Counted from the stretch's first letter, positions 1 to 12,629 are shown. The stretch is DNA of 64,000 nucleotides from Spirochaetia bacterium (GCA_021413825.1 JAIOPQ010000004.1:441-64440); one strand, 5' to 3'. Translations and numbers: made by a program. Notes: generated by a model not told the origin, from the letters alone.

Positions 1-399
1 AAAGATCATCCGCTGTTTACAAGTCGGGACTGCTTGATTGGTCTGATGGGCAAAGCGGATTTGAAATACGGAATAGCTGACTACTGGTATGCCAAACCGT
101 ACACGGTGCTCTCTGACAGGAAGATACAACTCAATGAGGTGGATCTCTCACTTGGACCCAGACCCTGGATCAACAATATAGATCGTTTCTTTACACCGAC
201 TGGCATTCCTGATTACAACTATTTGATAGCAAACAACCTTCCTGAAGAACTCATCATTCAGCGCCTTGGTGCCCCCACACGAAGGAGCAATTGCGGACAT
301 CTAAGCATCTGGATATACGATGCGAATCAAAATCCGGGCCTGGCAAACCTCTTTACACCTCATCAGATGCAGATCTGGCGCGGGGCACTTGGACGTTAG
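1..399 (+). CDS. hypothetical protein, C-terminal fragment (gene starts left of the window)
   Basis: The frame of ORF 34..399 stays open back to base 1 (KDHPLFTSRDCLIGLMG...), with the stop at 397-399. No motif recognised. The stop overlaps by 4 nt the stop of the convergent glycosyltransferase gene. Confidence 0.5.
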   Translation, partial: KDHPLFTSRDCLIGLMGKADLKYGIADYWYAKPYTVLSDRKIQLNEVDLSLGPRPWINNIDRFFTPTGIPDYNYLIANNLPEELIIQRLGAPTRRSNCGHLSIWIYDANQNPGLANLFTPHQMQIWRGALGR

Positions 400-1559
400 T
401 CGGCCTTGACCGCATTCAATATTTTTGACCGAATCACTGCATGGCTGTATTTTTCTGTAATGTATCTTCTTCCGTTTGTGCCCAAACTTTCCCTGACGGA
501 TTGATCTGCCAGACAAGTCTGGACATGGATTTGAAACTCCCCTGGATTGGTATAAGAAAGGCCTCCGCGACTTTCCTTAATATGTTCCACTAGCACAGGA
601 TTGGCCCCGTTCACCAGGACGGGCGTTTTAACTGACATGGCCTCAAGCGTCGCAATACTGAGACTTTCGTTGCCTGAAGGCATGCAAAAGCAGATCGCAT
701 TGCGCATTAGGTCTAGCTTCTTTTCCTCTGAAACAAAACCGGAATATTCGATCCCAACGCCAGACGGGATTTTCATGTAATTCTGGCCAGTTAGTACGAG
801 ACGAAGTCTTGGAATCTGATCGCGAGCCATTGCAAACATCTCAAATAACTCCTGGCATCCTTTCCCTGGATCGATTCGACCTGAATACATGATGTAAGGA
901 TCTCCATTAGCATTTCGCGGACTTTCTGGTGGGACATCAATTCCCATGCCGATCGTTTCTCCGGGGACGTTACCCCAGAGTCTGTTGCCAAGGGCCATTT
1001 CAGCCCCGGTGTTCCACAGAATCGATTTAACACGTCTTGCTGACCGCGCAAACCCGCGCAGGTATGCTGCTGGCTCATCATGAAGGGTTGGAATCATTCG
1101 ACTGCGATTTCCGGGAACAAGCATCGTACCAAAATATGAATGAGAATACATGTAAGTAAAAAACAAGACACAAGCATAGTGCTGCTGATTGAGTTTGATA
1201 TACTCCAGCAATGGTTCAGAATGAGGTCCCTGTCGCCGAATCCATTCCTCTTGCAAAGCAACCGACCAGGGCACAAAACCGTTTTGCGCCGCATGCTGTC
1301 GAATAAGCAGAGCATTCAGCGCATGCCAGTAGTTGCTGCGTCCCCCGGTCACAGAAAATCGCATAACGTTACATCCAGATTCCTGGACAGTGCCTGCTTT
1401 GAATTTTTCCGCCCAGGTGTCCAGATCGCCCGCCGTTGTCGTGAGTATATCCACCTGAAACTCGCTCTTAAGTGCCTCGGCATAATAGCGCGCAAGGGCT
1501 TCTGACCCTCCTGTTACTCCAGAGTAGCGCTGAACTACAATTGATATGCGCTCCATCAC
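396..1559 (-). CDS. glycosyltransferase, family 4 (GT-B fold)
   Basis: 387-aa ORF. The C-terminal half carries the GT4-type sugar-donor region ...CFCMPSGNESLSIATLEAMSVKTPVLVNG... There is a 4-nt overlap with the upstream GT gene. Confidence 0.85.
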   Translation of the reverse strand: MMERISIVVQRYSGVTGGSEALARYYAEALKSEFQVDILTTTAGDLDTWAEKFKAGTVQESGCNVMRFSVTGGRSNYWHALNALLIRQHAAQNGFVPWSVALQEEWIRRQGPHSEPLLEYIKLNQQHYACVLFFTYMYSHSYFGTMLVPGNRSRMIPTLHDEPAAYLRGFARSARRVKSILWNTGAEMALGNRLWGNVPGETIGMGIDVPPESPRNANGDPYIMYSGRIDPGKGCQELFEMFAMARDQIPRLRLVLTGQNYMKIPSGVGIEYSGFVSEEKKLDLMRNAICFCMPSGNESLSIATLEAMSVKTPVLVNGANPVLVEHIKESRGGLSYTNPGEFQIHVQTCLADQSVRESLGTNGRRYITEKYSHAVIRSKILNAVKAD

Positions 1560-2689
1560 CGGCCAGCCTCAGAAACTGAACTCGCACCACTTTCGACCAC
1601 GGAGGTTGTCGGCCGGCCAATCGACTTCAGAAATATTTCAGAGATTCTTGCGGTAAGGAATCGATCTTGAAACGATTGGAATCCTACTTCGCCGAGTGAG
1701 TCTGCTGTATCCTTGTTGTTTGCAATATACTGAAAGGCCGAAGCTATAACATGCGGATCAAACTCATCCCAGTACAGCCCGGAGCCACCAAGAGTTTCAG
1801 GCACAGCCGTCTCGCCCGAGCCAACAACGGGAATCTTCATGCGCATGGCCTCAATCACTGGCACACAAAATCCTTCATGCTCACTTGTCACGGCGTAGCA
1901 ATCGGCTATCAAAAAGAGCGCGCGCAGCCTGGATTCGGATACGTGATCGAGCATGCTCACAGAATTTCTCAGGCCCCGCGAAGCTATCAGGTCGTGTAAC
2001 TTTCGAGTGTACGTTGCAACAAGTGCATCCTGTTTCCCGGCAAGTACAAGTCTGCCTCGGCCGTATGCGCGCTGGTACACACTAAAAGATTCAATCAAAT
2101 GCTCGTAAGCCTTGTTGGGAACAATCCGTCCGACCGACAGAATTAGAAAGTCCGTCTCGCCACGCATTCGTTCATAGACTATAGAAAGATCTGCATCAAT
2201 TTTTTCCCGCTGTTCAATATTGTGAAATGGGGGAACGATTTCGCAAATGCTACGGTTGGCGCCTTCAACTACAATATCTTCCAGATTAAAGGCCGAGTCG
2301 CAAAGAATCTTCTCAACTCCGGATTCCAAAAGAGCTTTCAAAGAGGTGCGCGCCAACGCACAAGCATCCGCATACGCCTTGCTATATGGTGCAAAGAAAT
2401 GTGCTGGAGTCAGGTTGTGATACTTCAATATCTTCCGGGCCGGGCTCTGACAGAACGCAGCTTCCCCTTCTGGCCAGTGAACTGTGTGATGAAAAATTAA
2501 AAGATCGCCTGAGCCGAGAAACCGCTTTAGCTTGCGAACGGGTTCTGGACGTTCACCCTTACTCCAGGACCCGGCAAAAATTTTGCATTGGATACCGGAA
2601 GCCATGAGTACCTGCAACATTCCACGCGCATCGTTTCCGACGGCGTCACCTGGATCGAGTCGCGGCAATAGAATGGCAACGCGCATCAT
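1556..2689 (-). CDS. glycosyltransferase, family 4 (GT-B fold)
   Basis: 377-aa ORF with ...YAVTSEHEGFCVPVIEAMRMKIPVVGSGETAVPET... (E-x7-E-type GT4 motif). It is coupled by a 4-nt overlap to the genes on both sides. Confidence 0.85.
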   Translation of the reverse strand: MMRVAILLPRLDPGDAVGNDARGMLQVLMASGIQCKIFAGSWSKGERPEPVRKLKRFLGSGDLLIFHHTVHWPEGEAAFCQSPARKILKYHNLTPAHFFAPYSKAYADACALARTSLKALLESGVEKILCDSAFNLEDIVVEGANRSICEIVPPFHNIEQREKIDADLSIVYERMRGETDFLILSVGRIVPNKAYEHLIESFSVYQRAYGRGRLVLAGKQDALVATYTRKLHDLIASRGLRNSVSMLDHVSESRLRALFLIADCYAVTSEHEGFCVPVIEAMRMKIPVVGSGETAVPETLGGSGLYWDEFDPHVIASAFQYIANNKDTADSLGEVGFQSFQDRFLTARISEIFLKSIGRPTTSVVESGASSVSEAGR

Positions 2690-3213
2690 CTTCGCAATAT
2701 ACGATTGATTTTTTCGCGCAGCAGCTCCTGGCGTAAGACAATTTTTCGGAGACTGCGCGGGAGAAGAACAAGCTCAATCAAAATATCAAACAAGTACCCG
2801 AGGCCTGGGATTCGTGTGAGAACAAGATGCAATGCTGGCCAGAACCATAGAGTCAGTCTTGTCCCCGCAAGTCTACCTTCCCTTGAAGCGCGCATGCGAA
2901 CAATAATCTCAAATTTCTTAGTTCCGCTAACCAACAGGTCGTAGTAGTATTCCAGGCCGTCTGGATCTGCTTCTCTTCGCAGTATGCAGCGATAGGCCTG
3001 ACGGATAAACTCTTGACCGTCGAAGCTTAGAATAACCCGGACATTGCATTCAGTTCCCGGAATGGAATCCAGCTCAGCTTCAAAATGCAGCTCGGGTTCA
3101 AAACTTCTCTGCGAGGCTGTCTCAGGTTCGTTTGTTGTGAGGGCTGATATTTCACGCAGACGAGCGGCTTCTGCGTCTATTTCCATTCGCGCACGCGTTA
3201 GATCGAGGGACAT
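2686..3213 (-). CDS. DUF4214-domain protein with C-terminal membrane helix
   Basis: FIRQAYRCILRREADPDGLEYYYDLLVSG matches the DUF4214 pattern (F(V/I)xxxYxxxLxRxxDxxGxxYW). A hydrophobic C-terminal segment follows (LTLWFWPALHLVL...). I moved the start to the internal ATG at 3213 (MSLDLTRA...), 5 nt after the upstream stop, because the longer ORF (to 3282) overlaps the upstream gene by 64 nt. Confidence 0.6.
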   Translation of the reverse strand: MSLDLTRARMEIDAEAARLREISALTTNEPETASQRSFEPELHFEAELDSIPGTECNVRVILSFDGQEFIRQAYRCILRREADPDGLEYYYDLLVSGTKKFEIIVRMRASREGRLAGTRLTLWFWPALHLVLTRIPGLGYLFDILIELVLLPRSLRKIVLRQELLREKINRILRR

Positions 3214-3218
3214 GATAG

Positions 3219-3569
3219 TTAACCGGGGAAATTTCTGTTGATCCGCCTGACTTTTCCTGGCAGCTGCAGATTTAGCACCCAATCGTTTTCCTGAGAAGCA
3301 CGATCTGCATCCAGATCCGTCATGCGAGCATCAAACGAACAGTGGTACGGACCCTGCTCGTACTCTCCGTGGATGAATTCATTCTTCAAGATGGTCCAGA
3401 TTGAGTCGTTCCTAAAAACAGGATGATCCTGCAAGCGAACAGCCACTTCCTTGCTCTTCTCAAAAACGACTGACCCGGCGAGTTTTTCTCCACGGATTGT
3501 AAGCTGAATTTCCTGACCTGACGTGAAAAGTGGCACACTATAACCTGGTGCCTGGGTCAGTCCGGTCAA
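3219..3569 (-). CDS. hypothetical protein (weak resemblance to a YcgR-N/PilZN-type domain)
   Basis: 116-aa ORF at the head of the GT cluster, ending ...LQLPGKVRRINRNFPG. The RRxxR-like stretch sits at the very C-terminus and no DxSxxG follows, so this is not a bona fide PilZ domain. Confidence 0.45.
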   Translation of the reverse strand: MTGLTQAPGYSVPLFTSGQEIQLTIRGEKLAGSVVFEKSKEVAVRLQDHPVFRNDSIWTILKNEFIHGEYEQGPYHCSFDARMTDLDADRASQENDWVLNLQLPGKVRRINRNFPG

Positions 3570-3642
3570 GCCTTTGTATCCGGATCATTTTCTCAGGGCA
3601 AAAAAACTGGACGAAGGTGGAACGCTCGCTGAACGATGTGGC

Positions 3643-5862
3643 ATGCGCCTCACCGGACTGGTCTTCGTTCTTCTGGGATTTGCAGTACACTGCGCTGCGT
3701 TTCAAAGGAAGCCTGCAGCACAGGCCGGCAGCCAGAATCGCACCCTTGCGCAGACGGGAGAGACTGCAGAAGGAATCCCGGCAGACTCTGCATTAACAGA
3801 ACCGGTAGCAAGAGACGAATCAAAGCTCAAAGTCATGCGAGAGCGCATTCTTTTGTTTCAACCTCGGACAGAAATTACCGAGGCAACTCACGACCAGTTT
3901 CTTGAATTTCAAGATCGTGTCCTGACCCAGGAACAAATAGTGTTTCTAACAAAAATAGCAGAATCGGCACCTGAGCCGCTTGGCAGGCGACTTCTTGCAA
4001 TTGAAGCCCTGGCTGGAAGCGAGATTAAAAAAGGAAATCTGAAAGGAGCTCAGGAAATCTGGAGTAAGGCAAAAGTCCCTGGACTTGAAAAATATTCCGC
4101 AACTGTCGTGGCAATTCTGGCAAGCGGCAAAGGGGATTCAAAGCTAATCAACCTCAAGGGTAACATAAACACGGACCTTGCAGAATACGATGCTGTCCAG
4201 GAACTGTCCGGGAAGCGAATCTATTTTACCAGATACGATCAGAACCTCCGTCTTTCCGATCCACCTGGTGAGGACATCTACCTCGCAGAAAAGCAAACAG
4301 ATGGAAGCTGGAAAGCCAAACCAATGACGGAGCTAAATACTAAGTCGCATGAATCCGTGCTTGGTGTATCGGCTGATGGTGGCTCCCTTTTCCTATTCGG
4401 CAACTATCCTGGATCACTGGGCTCAGGCGATATATTCGAATCCAAACTGACTGCAAACGGTTGGAGTCGTCCAGCGCCTTTGCCCAAACCTATCAATTCT
4501 CCGCATTTTGATTCCGATGCATCATTTTCACCTGACGGTAGATCCGTCATTTTTGTTAGCGATCGAGCTGGCGGTTACTATCCGTACCATGCACGACAGA
4601 AGGAGTTCTTTGCTGGCGGAAAGAATGGGAACACAGATCTGTACGTGAGTTTTCGGAATGCAGACGGATCGTTTTCATTGCCAAGAAATCTTGGACCTAT
4701 TGTAAACACTCCTGGATCTGAACGGAATCCGTACTTGCATGCGGATGGCAAAACTCTTTATTTCTCCTCAGAGGGACATCCCGGCCTTGGTGGGCACGAC
4801 GTATTTCGCACGGTGAGACTCGATGATACCTGGACGAATTGGAGTGAACCGGTTAATCTTGGACCAGCGGTGAACGGACCTGGAGACGATTCTGGATTCC
4901 GCATAACGGCACATGGAGATTCTGGAATTATCTCCGGTTCTTTAATTGAGACTAAAGGACCGTCGGATATCTTTATGGTAGCGCCGCTTCCCGTGCAGGC
5001 AAAGCCTCAAGACGAAGTTGCAATCCTTCGCGGCAATGTTAAATCGGCTAACGGCGCGCCGGTTGAGGCGAATATTAAGTGGAATAGCAAAGGAAAAGAG
5101 GAAGGCCAATCGAGGAGTAGACCGGACACGGGCGAATATCTGATTCCACTGGCAGTCAATCGTCAGTATCAAATCGAAATCGAGAAGGAGGGTTTCTTTA
5201 AGCAGACATTCCCTGTTGATACAACTGCGGCAAAACTCAAGGCAAAAGAAGTTGAAATCCCCGTGGCAATGAAGGCTGATCCGGATTACAAACCTCCAAA
5301 ATCTGAACCGGTCAAAGAAGTGGCCAACGTTGAGCTTGCCAAAACGCCGCAGAAAGATGGGCCAGCCAAAGAGCAACGGGAGATGCGCCCCTTGCTTCTC
5401 CCTGACATTAGAACACAGGACCAGCCGGCGCTCAAACCGGATATCAAACCAGATCCAAAAAAGCCGCAAGCCACACCACAGAAACCTGAGACTAAACCTG
5501 TAAAACCTGAGACTGAGCCCGGATCCGGTGCGATGAAGACCAGGGTCGTATACTTTAGCTCTAACAGTTTACGAATGATGAACCCCGGCATTCTCAAACT
5601 CGTAGCCAAAAATCTGAAAGCTAACCCAAAGAGCCGGGTCATGATTGAAGCGCATACAGATTCAATGGGCACAGGAAAGTACAACAGAAATCTAAGTGAG
5701 CTCAGGGCCCGTCAGGTTTACCTGTACCTCACCAGACTGGGCATTCCCGGAAGTCGCATCGGATATCGAGGCATTGGAGAAAAGAGACCAGCCTCGAACA
5801 ACAGCACAGCAAAGGGGCGTAAGCTAAATCGACGTGCCGTTGTAACGATCATTTCCGGCTAA
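3643..5862 (+). CDS. OmpA-family protein with TolB-like (PD40) beta-propeller repeats and a Pro/Lys-rich linker
   Basis: Signal peptide MRLTGLVFVLLGFAVHCAAF at the internal ATG 3643 (the ORF track starts at TTG 3574). Repeated PD40-like units (SPDGRSVIFVSDR, ERNPYLHADGKTLYFSS). KP-rich spacer. C-terminal OmpA domain IEAHTDSMGTGKYNRNLSELRARQVYLYL...NRRAVVTI. Confidence 0.85.
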   Translation: MRLTGLVFVLLGFAVHCAAFQRKPAAQAGSQNRTLAQTGETAEGIPADSALTEPVARDESKLKVMRERILLFQPRTEITEATHDQFLEFQDRVLTQEQIVFLTKIAESAPEPLGRRLLAIEALAGSEIKKGNLKGAQEIWSKAKVPGLEKYSATVVAILASGKGDSKLINLKGNINTDLAEYDAVQELSGKRIYFTRYDQNLRLSDPPGEDIYLAEKQTDGSWKAKPMTELNTKSHESVLGVSADGGSLFLFGNYPGSLGSGDIFESKLTANGWSRPAPLPKPINSPHFDSDASFSPDGRSVIFVSDRAGGYYPYHARQKEFFAGGKNGNTDLYVSFRNADGSFSLPRNLGPIVNTPGSERNPYLHADGKTLYFSSEGHPGLGGHDVFRTVRLDDTWTNWSEPVNLGPAVNGPGDDSGFRITAHGDSGIISGSLIETKGPSDIFMVAPLPVQAKPQDEVAILRGNVKSANGAPVEANIKWNSKGKEEGQSRSRPDTGEYLIPLAVNRQYQIEIEKEGFFKQTFPVDTTAAKLKAKEVEIPVAMKADPDYKPPKSEPVKEVANVELAKTPQKDGPAKEQREMRPLLLPDIRTQDQPALKPDIKPDPKKPQATPQKPETKPVKPETEPGSGAMKTRVVYFSSNSLRMMNPGILKLVAKNLKANPKSRVMIEAHTDSMGTGKYNRNLSELRARQVYLYLTRLGIPGSRIGYRGIGEKRPASNNSTAKGRKLNRRAVVTIISG

Positions 5863-6809
5863 CGTTTCCCTGGCAGGCTGTTTGCAAAATCCAGAATCAG
5901 TTGATTCAGTTCTGGTTGTTCCTGGGTTAGAATTGTATAATGATTTGCTGATACTTCCTTAAGAATTGCGTTGGGAAATTCCCCAACCATTTCCCGCGCG
6001 CCGCGCTCAGTCAAAATGCTATCCCCAGGGAATAGATTTCTTTGGGTAGCTCGCACAACGAGTACAGGAATTTTGATTTGATTGAATACAGGTGCAAACC
6101 CTCCCGTTGGATTTCTGTACAATGACTTAATCGACCTTGCAACATTCAGGGATCCACCGATTGAATTGAGTTCGCTTTCAATCACGTGCAGTGGAATGTT
6201 CAAACCCACTCCTTCCGGAGTGGTCTCCATGTCATACATGATCATTGTTTCCAGATCGGGAGTCCATTGCTTGATTAGGGGTGAGTTCTTGATCAATTTC
6301 AGATACGCCTCGCTGTCTTTGAACTTCCGCCCAAGACGGATAAATGAGAGTCGAAGCATTATGTAGATTCTAAATTGCTCGGCCGTCGTTAATCGAGCAC
6401 CTCCGTCCAGGAGAACCAGTCCGCGCGCGTCATTTGGATTCAATCTCAAGAATTCCAGTGCAGCATACGCACCCAATGAATGAGCAATCAGAAGCGGTTT
6501 CTTGAATCGCTTGGCGATCTTAGGATTTCTCAGAAGGCCGCGTAGATCCCCTGCGTGGATGGCGGAGCTGTACGCGCCTTTGGGCTTATCCGACTGGCCA
6601 CGACCGCGCAGGTCGTAGGCTAGAATGTCCATGCCAGACGAATTGAGTGCCCGAGCAATTGGCAGAAAACACAGATGATTTGCGCTCATGCCGTGGATCA
6701 TTATCGCCGGAATTCCGCGGCCTTGAAAATGTCCCCAGGCAATGCTGATTTCTTTTACTCGAGTTTTTCCCGTTATGTATTTGAACGGGTTTCGAGCTTT
6801 GCCTGCCAT
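5859..6809 (-). CDS. alpha/beta-fold hydrolase
   Basis: HG-x oxyanion region (IMIHGMSANH) and nucleophile elbow LIAHSLGAYAAL (GxSxG). 316 aa. Its stop overlaps the OmpA gene stop by 4 nt. Confidence 0.8.
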   Translation of the reverse strand: MAGKARNPFKYITGKTRVKEISIAWGHFQGRGIPAIMIHGMSANHLCFLPIARALNSSGMDILAYDLRGRGQSDKPKGAYSSAIHAGDLRGLLRNPKIAKRFKKPLLIAHSLGAYAALEFLRLNPNDARGLVLLDGGARLTTAEQFRIYIMLRLSFIRLGRKFKDSEAYLKLIKNSPLIKQWTPDLETMIMYDMETTPEGVGLNIPLHVIESELNSIGGSLNVARSIKSLYRNPTGGFAPVFNQIKIPVLVVRATQRNLFPGDSILTERGAREMVGEFPNAILKEVSANHYTILTQEQPELNQLILDFANSLPGKR

Positions 6810-6882
6810 ACGGTCCAGAAGTTGATCGTTTTGATGCCCGTCAATTTCATAGTCTTACTGACTTGATGATGTAACAAACTAG

Positions 6883-9676
<2,794 letters not shown>

Positions 9677-9794
9677 AGGGGCCTGTTTCTACCTCTGAAG
9701 TCGATTTGCGTCAAGCAGATTTGTGATTCCTTCGGAGTTTGGCGCTGAAAGATCGAATTATTGACGAATTTTCCAAACACAATCCACTGACGGC

Positions 9795-10118
9795 ATGCTT
9801 GATACGATTCCTGAGAAAATCGAACACGATCAGACCCATCTGAAAATCAAATGGAAGGATGGCAAAGAGTGCTCGTACGAACTGCTGAATTTGAGAAGGA
9901 GCTGCCCTTGCGCAAACTGCCGAGGTGGACATGAAATCGTATCAAAAAGAACGACAGATCATATCAAAACAATCAGCCTGGCTGCCTGGAAAAAGGTTGG
10001 CCGTTATGCGCTGCAAATCACCTGGTCAGACAATCATGATCTGGGAATCTACACCTATGATGCCCTACGCGCCGCGTGCAATGACGGAACTCAATACGCC
10101 CCACCGGGTGAAAGATGA
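9795..10118 (+). CDS. DUF971-family protein (gamma-butyrobetaine hydroxylase-like N-terminal domain)
   Basis: 107 aa. LKIKWKDGKECSYELLNLRRSCPCANCRG ... ALQITWSDNHDLGIYTYDALRAAC matches the DUF971 pattern. Confidence 0.75.
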   Translation: MLDTIPEKIEHDQTHLKIKWKDGKECSYELLNLRRSCPCANCRGGHEIVSKRTTDHIKTISLAAWKKVGRYALQITWSDNHDLGIYTYDALRAACNDGTQYAPPGER

Positions 10119-10156
10119 CATCAGTTGGTAACTACGGAATGCTAAGTGAGAAAAGT

Positions 10157-10186
10157 AATACAATGCGACGGATGCCGCATTGTATT
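10157..10186. terminator. hairpin between convergent genes (possible bidirectional terminator)
   Basis: Perfect 11-bp stem aatacaatgcg / cgcattgtatt with an 8-nt loop, between stop 10118 (+) and stop 10200 (-). T-rich on the minus-strand side (acttttctc), weak on the plus side. Confidence 0.4.
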
Positions 10187-10199
10187 TGAGAAAATCAGA

Positions 10200-10640
10200 T
10201 TAGCGTTTGCAATCTGCTTTTGCGGACCATGTGCCACCGCTTGTACGGTCAGCTTCGCTTGGGCCGAATGTTCCAGAGAACGTAGTAATAAGAACATTTT
10301 CGTTCTGTGTTTCTGCGTCTGTGTAGTTTCCAAGCCAGTAAAAGGATTTTCCAGCTTCTGCACCTGAAGTGTATGTTTCGCTAATCTTGCAGGATTTAGC
10401 ATCGCAAGTTCCAGTAGTAGTAGACTTAGCGCCTTCTTCTGTGGATTCTCCAGTAATTGTTCCTTTTTCATCTGGCATTACTGACCAGGTTACATTCCAC
10501 TTGAAAGGTGTATCAGTACCTTTCTCAGTGTAGCTTCCTTTGAAATCGCATTTCCAGACTTGAGCCTGAGCAGCAGGTTTACCGCAATTCATCGCCAACA
10601 AGCCAGCAGCGATCAACGCGAGAAATATCATTTTTTTCAT
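10200..10640 (-). CDS. putative lipoprotein
   Basis: MKKMIFLALIAAGLLAMNCGK has a signal peptide with a lipobox-like LAMN-C. 146 aa, Thr/Gly-rich, 4 further Cys. Confidence 0.7.
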   Translation of the reverse strand: MKKMIFLALIAAGLLAMNCGKPAAQAQVWKCDFKGSYTEKGTDTPFKWNVTWSVMPDEKGTITGESTEEGAKSTTTGTCDAKSCKISETYTSGAEAGKSFYWLGNYTDAETQNENVLITTFSGTFGPSEADRTSGGTWSAKADCKR

Positions 10641-10774
10641 GAACTAACCCCGTAACAAAATTGTTGATTTTCGCCCATTTCGGGGCGAGGAAGCTAACAG
10701 GCCGGGACAGAGTTTACGCGCAATGAAAAAACGGGGGATTGGCCTGGATTCGGAAAAATGAAGAAGAAAAAATT

Positions 10775-10848
10775 TGCGCCCAGAAGGATTCGAACCTCCG
10801 ACCTACTGGTTCGTAGCCAGGCACTCTATCCAGCTGAGCTATGGGCGC
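10775..10848 (-). tRNA. tRNA-Arg (anticodon ACG)
   Basis: The reverse complement reads GCGCCCATAGCTCAGCTGGATAGAGTGCCTGGCTACGAACCAGTAGGTCGGAGGTTCGAATCCTTCTGGGCGCA. The acceptor stem (GCGCCCA/TGGGCGC) and T-arm (GGAGG TTCGAAT CCTTC, closing G-T wobble) fold. The anticodon loop is CTACGAA. There is one mismatch at the top of the anticodon stem. CCA is not encoded. Confidence 0.85.
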
Positions 10849-10913
10849 GTTGAGCCGATATTTCGATTAGACGACTCGCTGTCGATCATTTTTGGGCACA
10901 ATGCCTACTCTCA

Positions 10914-12629
10914 TCAGTAGAAGTACGTTTCCACCCCACCCTCGAAATCGTCCCAGCACTGATTCTTTGATTTTTGCAATGGATCCGCCTCCCAGGTTTC
11001 AGAATCGGCATAGAGCTGCTCAACCGTTCTGCCGTAACGAGTCTCAAGCCTTGGGATAACAGAGCTGCCAGTCCTTTTCAGTTCAATCAAGCGATTGAGG
11101 CGATTTCTTATTCCGGGAATGGTCGAAAGCAAATCCGGTTCGAAATGAATCACAATGCCGGCTGACGTTGCCATTGCTCGATCATATTCCGGCTCACCTG
11201 TCGAACAGAACAATACGCCTTTGTCCAGAACATTCTGAAACGTGGTGTAATGTTCATGGCCAGGACGGAATCGCAAAAGTACTCTATTGCGAGCAATGGT
11301 TCGATCGCTGAGGCCTTGCTCATCCTGAATTTTGACGTGTGCTCCCGCAGCAACGCCAAGGTAGCCCAGGCCCACGCCGCGTAGACACTTAGCATCCGCC
11401 TGGCTATTGGCGATCCAGAATTTTTCATACCCGATGCACGATTGTAATTTCTTGAAGGCCACGCCTCGAACTGCCCAGGGATTCTTCTCCCAACCTGTCA
11501 ACTGCCCTGCTCCCATGCTTGCATAAACTGCTCTCTCGTCCGCTATATACCCATTCGCAATGGGTACCGGTAAAAAACTGAGAATCACAAACAGAGCAAA
11601 TGCCAGACCCTTGCCAAACGTGGGTGTTACTGATCCAAAAACCAGCCAATCCGGTCGACGAAGAAAGAATCGATCCACAAGCAAGCAGAGCATGACCGCT
11701 TCCGGAAGCCAGAGCCTGAACGCCATGAAGTCTCCCCCGACACGAATGACGTATAACGTCAATATCACGAGCAATCCACAATCTCGAATGAGACCATTCA
11801 GCTCAACAGGCTTAAAAGCCGAACGCATCCTATGCAAAAAGAAAATCGCAACCAACATTACTGCTGCTATGGGAATCGCTGGAGCAAAGATAAAGCTGTG
11901 GAGAATGTACTTGAAGCCCTGCACACCGTTAGACGCCAATCCTGCCTTAGCATAGTAAGGATTCTGAAAGAGCGCGTCGAAATAAGCCCAGCGAAAAAGA
12001 TGGTACGCAATCGGAATCAGGAGTGGCACGCCCCAACCTGCAGCAATCCCCAATCGCTTAACCATGGTAAGGTGACGGGCTTGAAACAATTCCCAGAGTA
12101 GGACAATAGAATAATACGCGTAGAACAACCCCGTCTCTGGTCGATTTAGATAGAGGGTAACCAGTAGAAGTGCCTTGTAGATCGGGGAACTCGAAAGCGA
12201 TCCTCGTTCCAGTTCCTGATAGAAGAGTACAATCAATAAGAACGTAAGGGAAAACTCAAGTCCCGATGTTGCAAAATCGCGAAAACCGGAAATACTACAA
12301 AGTGCAAGCACTGCAAAAGGAAATGCCCCAGCACCCGCAGATCTGCGAATTAGAATTCCAATTCCGATGAAAGAGAAAAGAAGGCCCAACAGTACGGAAC
12401 CCACATCAAGGGGAAGCCCAACACCACGGAGGAGTATTAATGCGGCGGACCAGATTGGATGCGTGCTCGCCTCTACTGGCTCGCCCGGATTAAAAAGATA
12501 TCCGTGGCCTGCGAAAATATTCTCAACCATGCGGAATGTGATGAAAGCATCCTCTGTAACCCAGAGGCGAGATACGATGGCAATGAACGCAAAAAGAAAG
12601 GCAGCAGGGTAGACGAGGCGCTGAATCAC
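10914..12629 (-). CDS. polytopic membrane protein, GT-C-type (arabinofuranosyl/ArnT-like) glycosyltransferase candidate
   Basis: 571 aa with more than 10 hydrophobic helices. The N-terminal VTEDAFITFRMVENIFAGHGYLFNPGEPVEASTHPIW resembles, from memory, the conserved opening of arabinofuranosyltransferase-like GT-C proteins. A soluble C-terminal ~180 aa follows. Confidence 0.55.
   Translation of the reverse strand: MIQRLVYPAAFLFAFIAIVSRLWVTEDAFITFRMVENIFAGHGYLFNPGEPVEASTHPIWSAALILLRGVGLPLDVGSVLLGLLFSFIGIGILIRRSAGAGAFPFAVLALCSISGFRDFATSGLEFSLTFLLIVLFYQELERGSLSSSPIYKALLLVTLYLNRPETGLFYAYYSIVLLWELFQARHLTMVKRLGIAAGWGVPLLIPIAYHLFRWAYFDALFQNPYYAKAGLASNGVQGFKYILHSFIFAPAIPIAAVMLVAIFFLHRMRSAFKPVELNGLIRDCGLLVILTLYVIRVGGDFMAFRLWLPEAVMLCLLVDRFFLRRPDWLVFGSVTPTFGKGLAFALFVILSFLPVPIANGYIADERAVYASMGAGQLTGWEKNPWAVRGVAFKKLQSCIGYEKFWIANSQADAKCLRGVGLGYLGVAAGAHVKIQDEQGLSDRTIARNRVLLRFRPGHEHYTTFQNVLDKGVLFCSTGEPEYDRAMATSAGIVIHFEPDLLSTIPGIRNRLNRLIELKRTGSSVIPRLETRYGRTVEQLYADSETWEADPLQKSKNQCWDDFEGGVETYFY

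Noticed and set aside
3219-3569. Bona fide PilZ c-di-GMP receptor
   Set aside because: The RRxxR-like motif lies at the last 10 residues, and the (D/N)xSxxG motif and beta-barrel that should follow are absent. Continuing into the next gene's frame does not supply them.
5440-5525. Short tandem DNA repeat aaacctgagact...aaacctgagact in the OmpA-family gene
   Set aside because: It simply encodes the KPET/KPV low-complexity Pro/Lys linker between the propeller and OmpA domains. There are only two copies, so this is not a contingency-type repeat.
4942-5684. Antisense ORFs 4942..5469 and 5286..5684 inside the OmpA-family gene
   Set aside because: They are opposite a well-supported CDS with clear domains. 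Their composition (Phe/Arg/Leu-rich, mirror of the Pro/Lys-rich linker) is typical of antisense noise.
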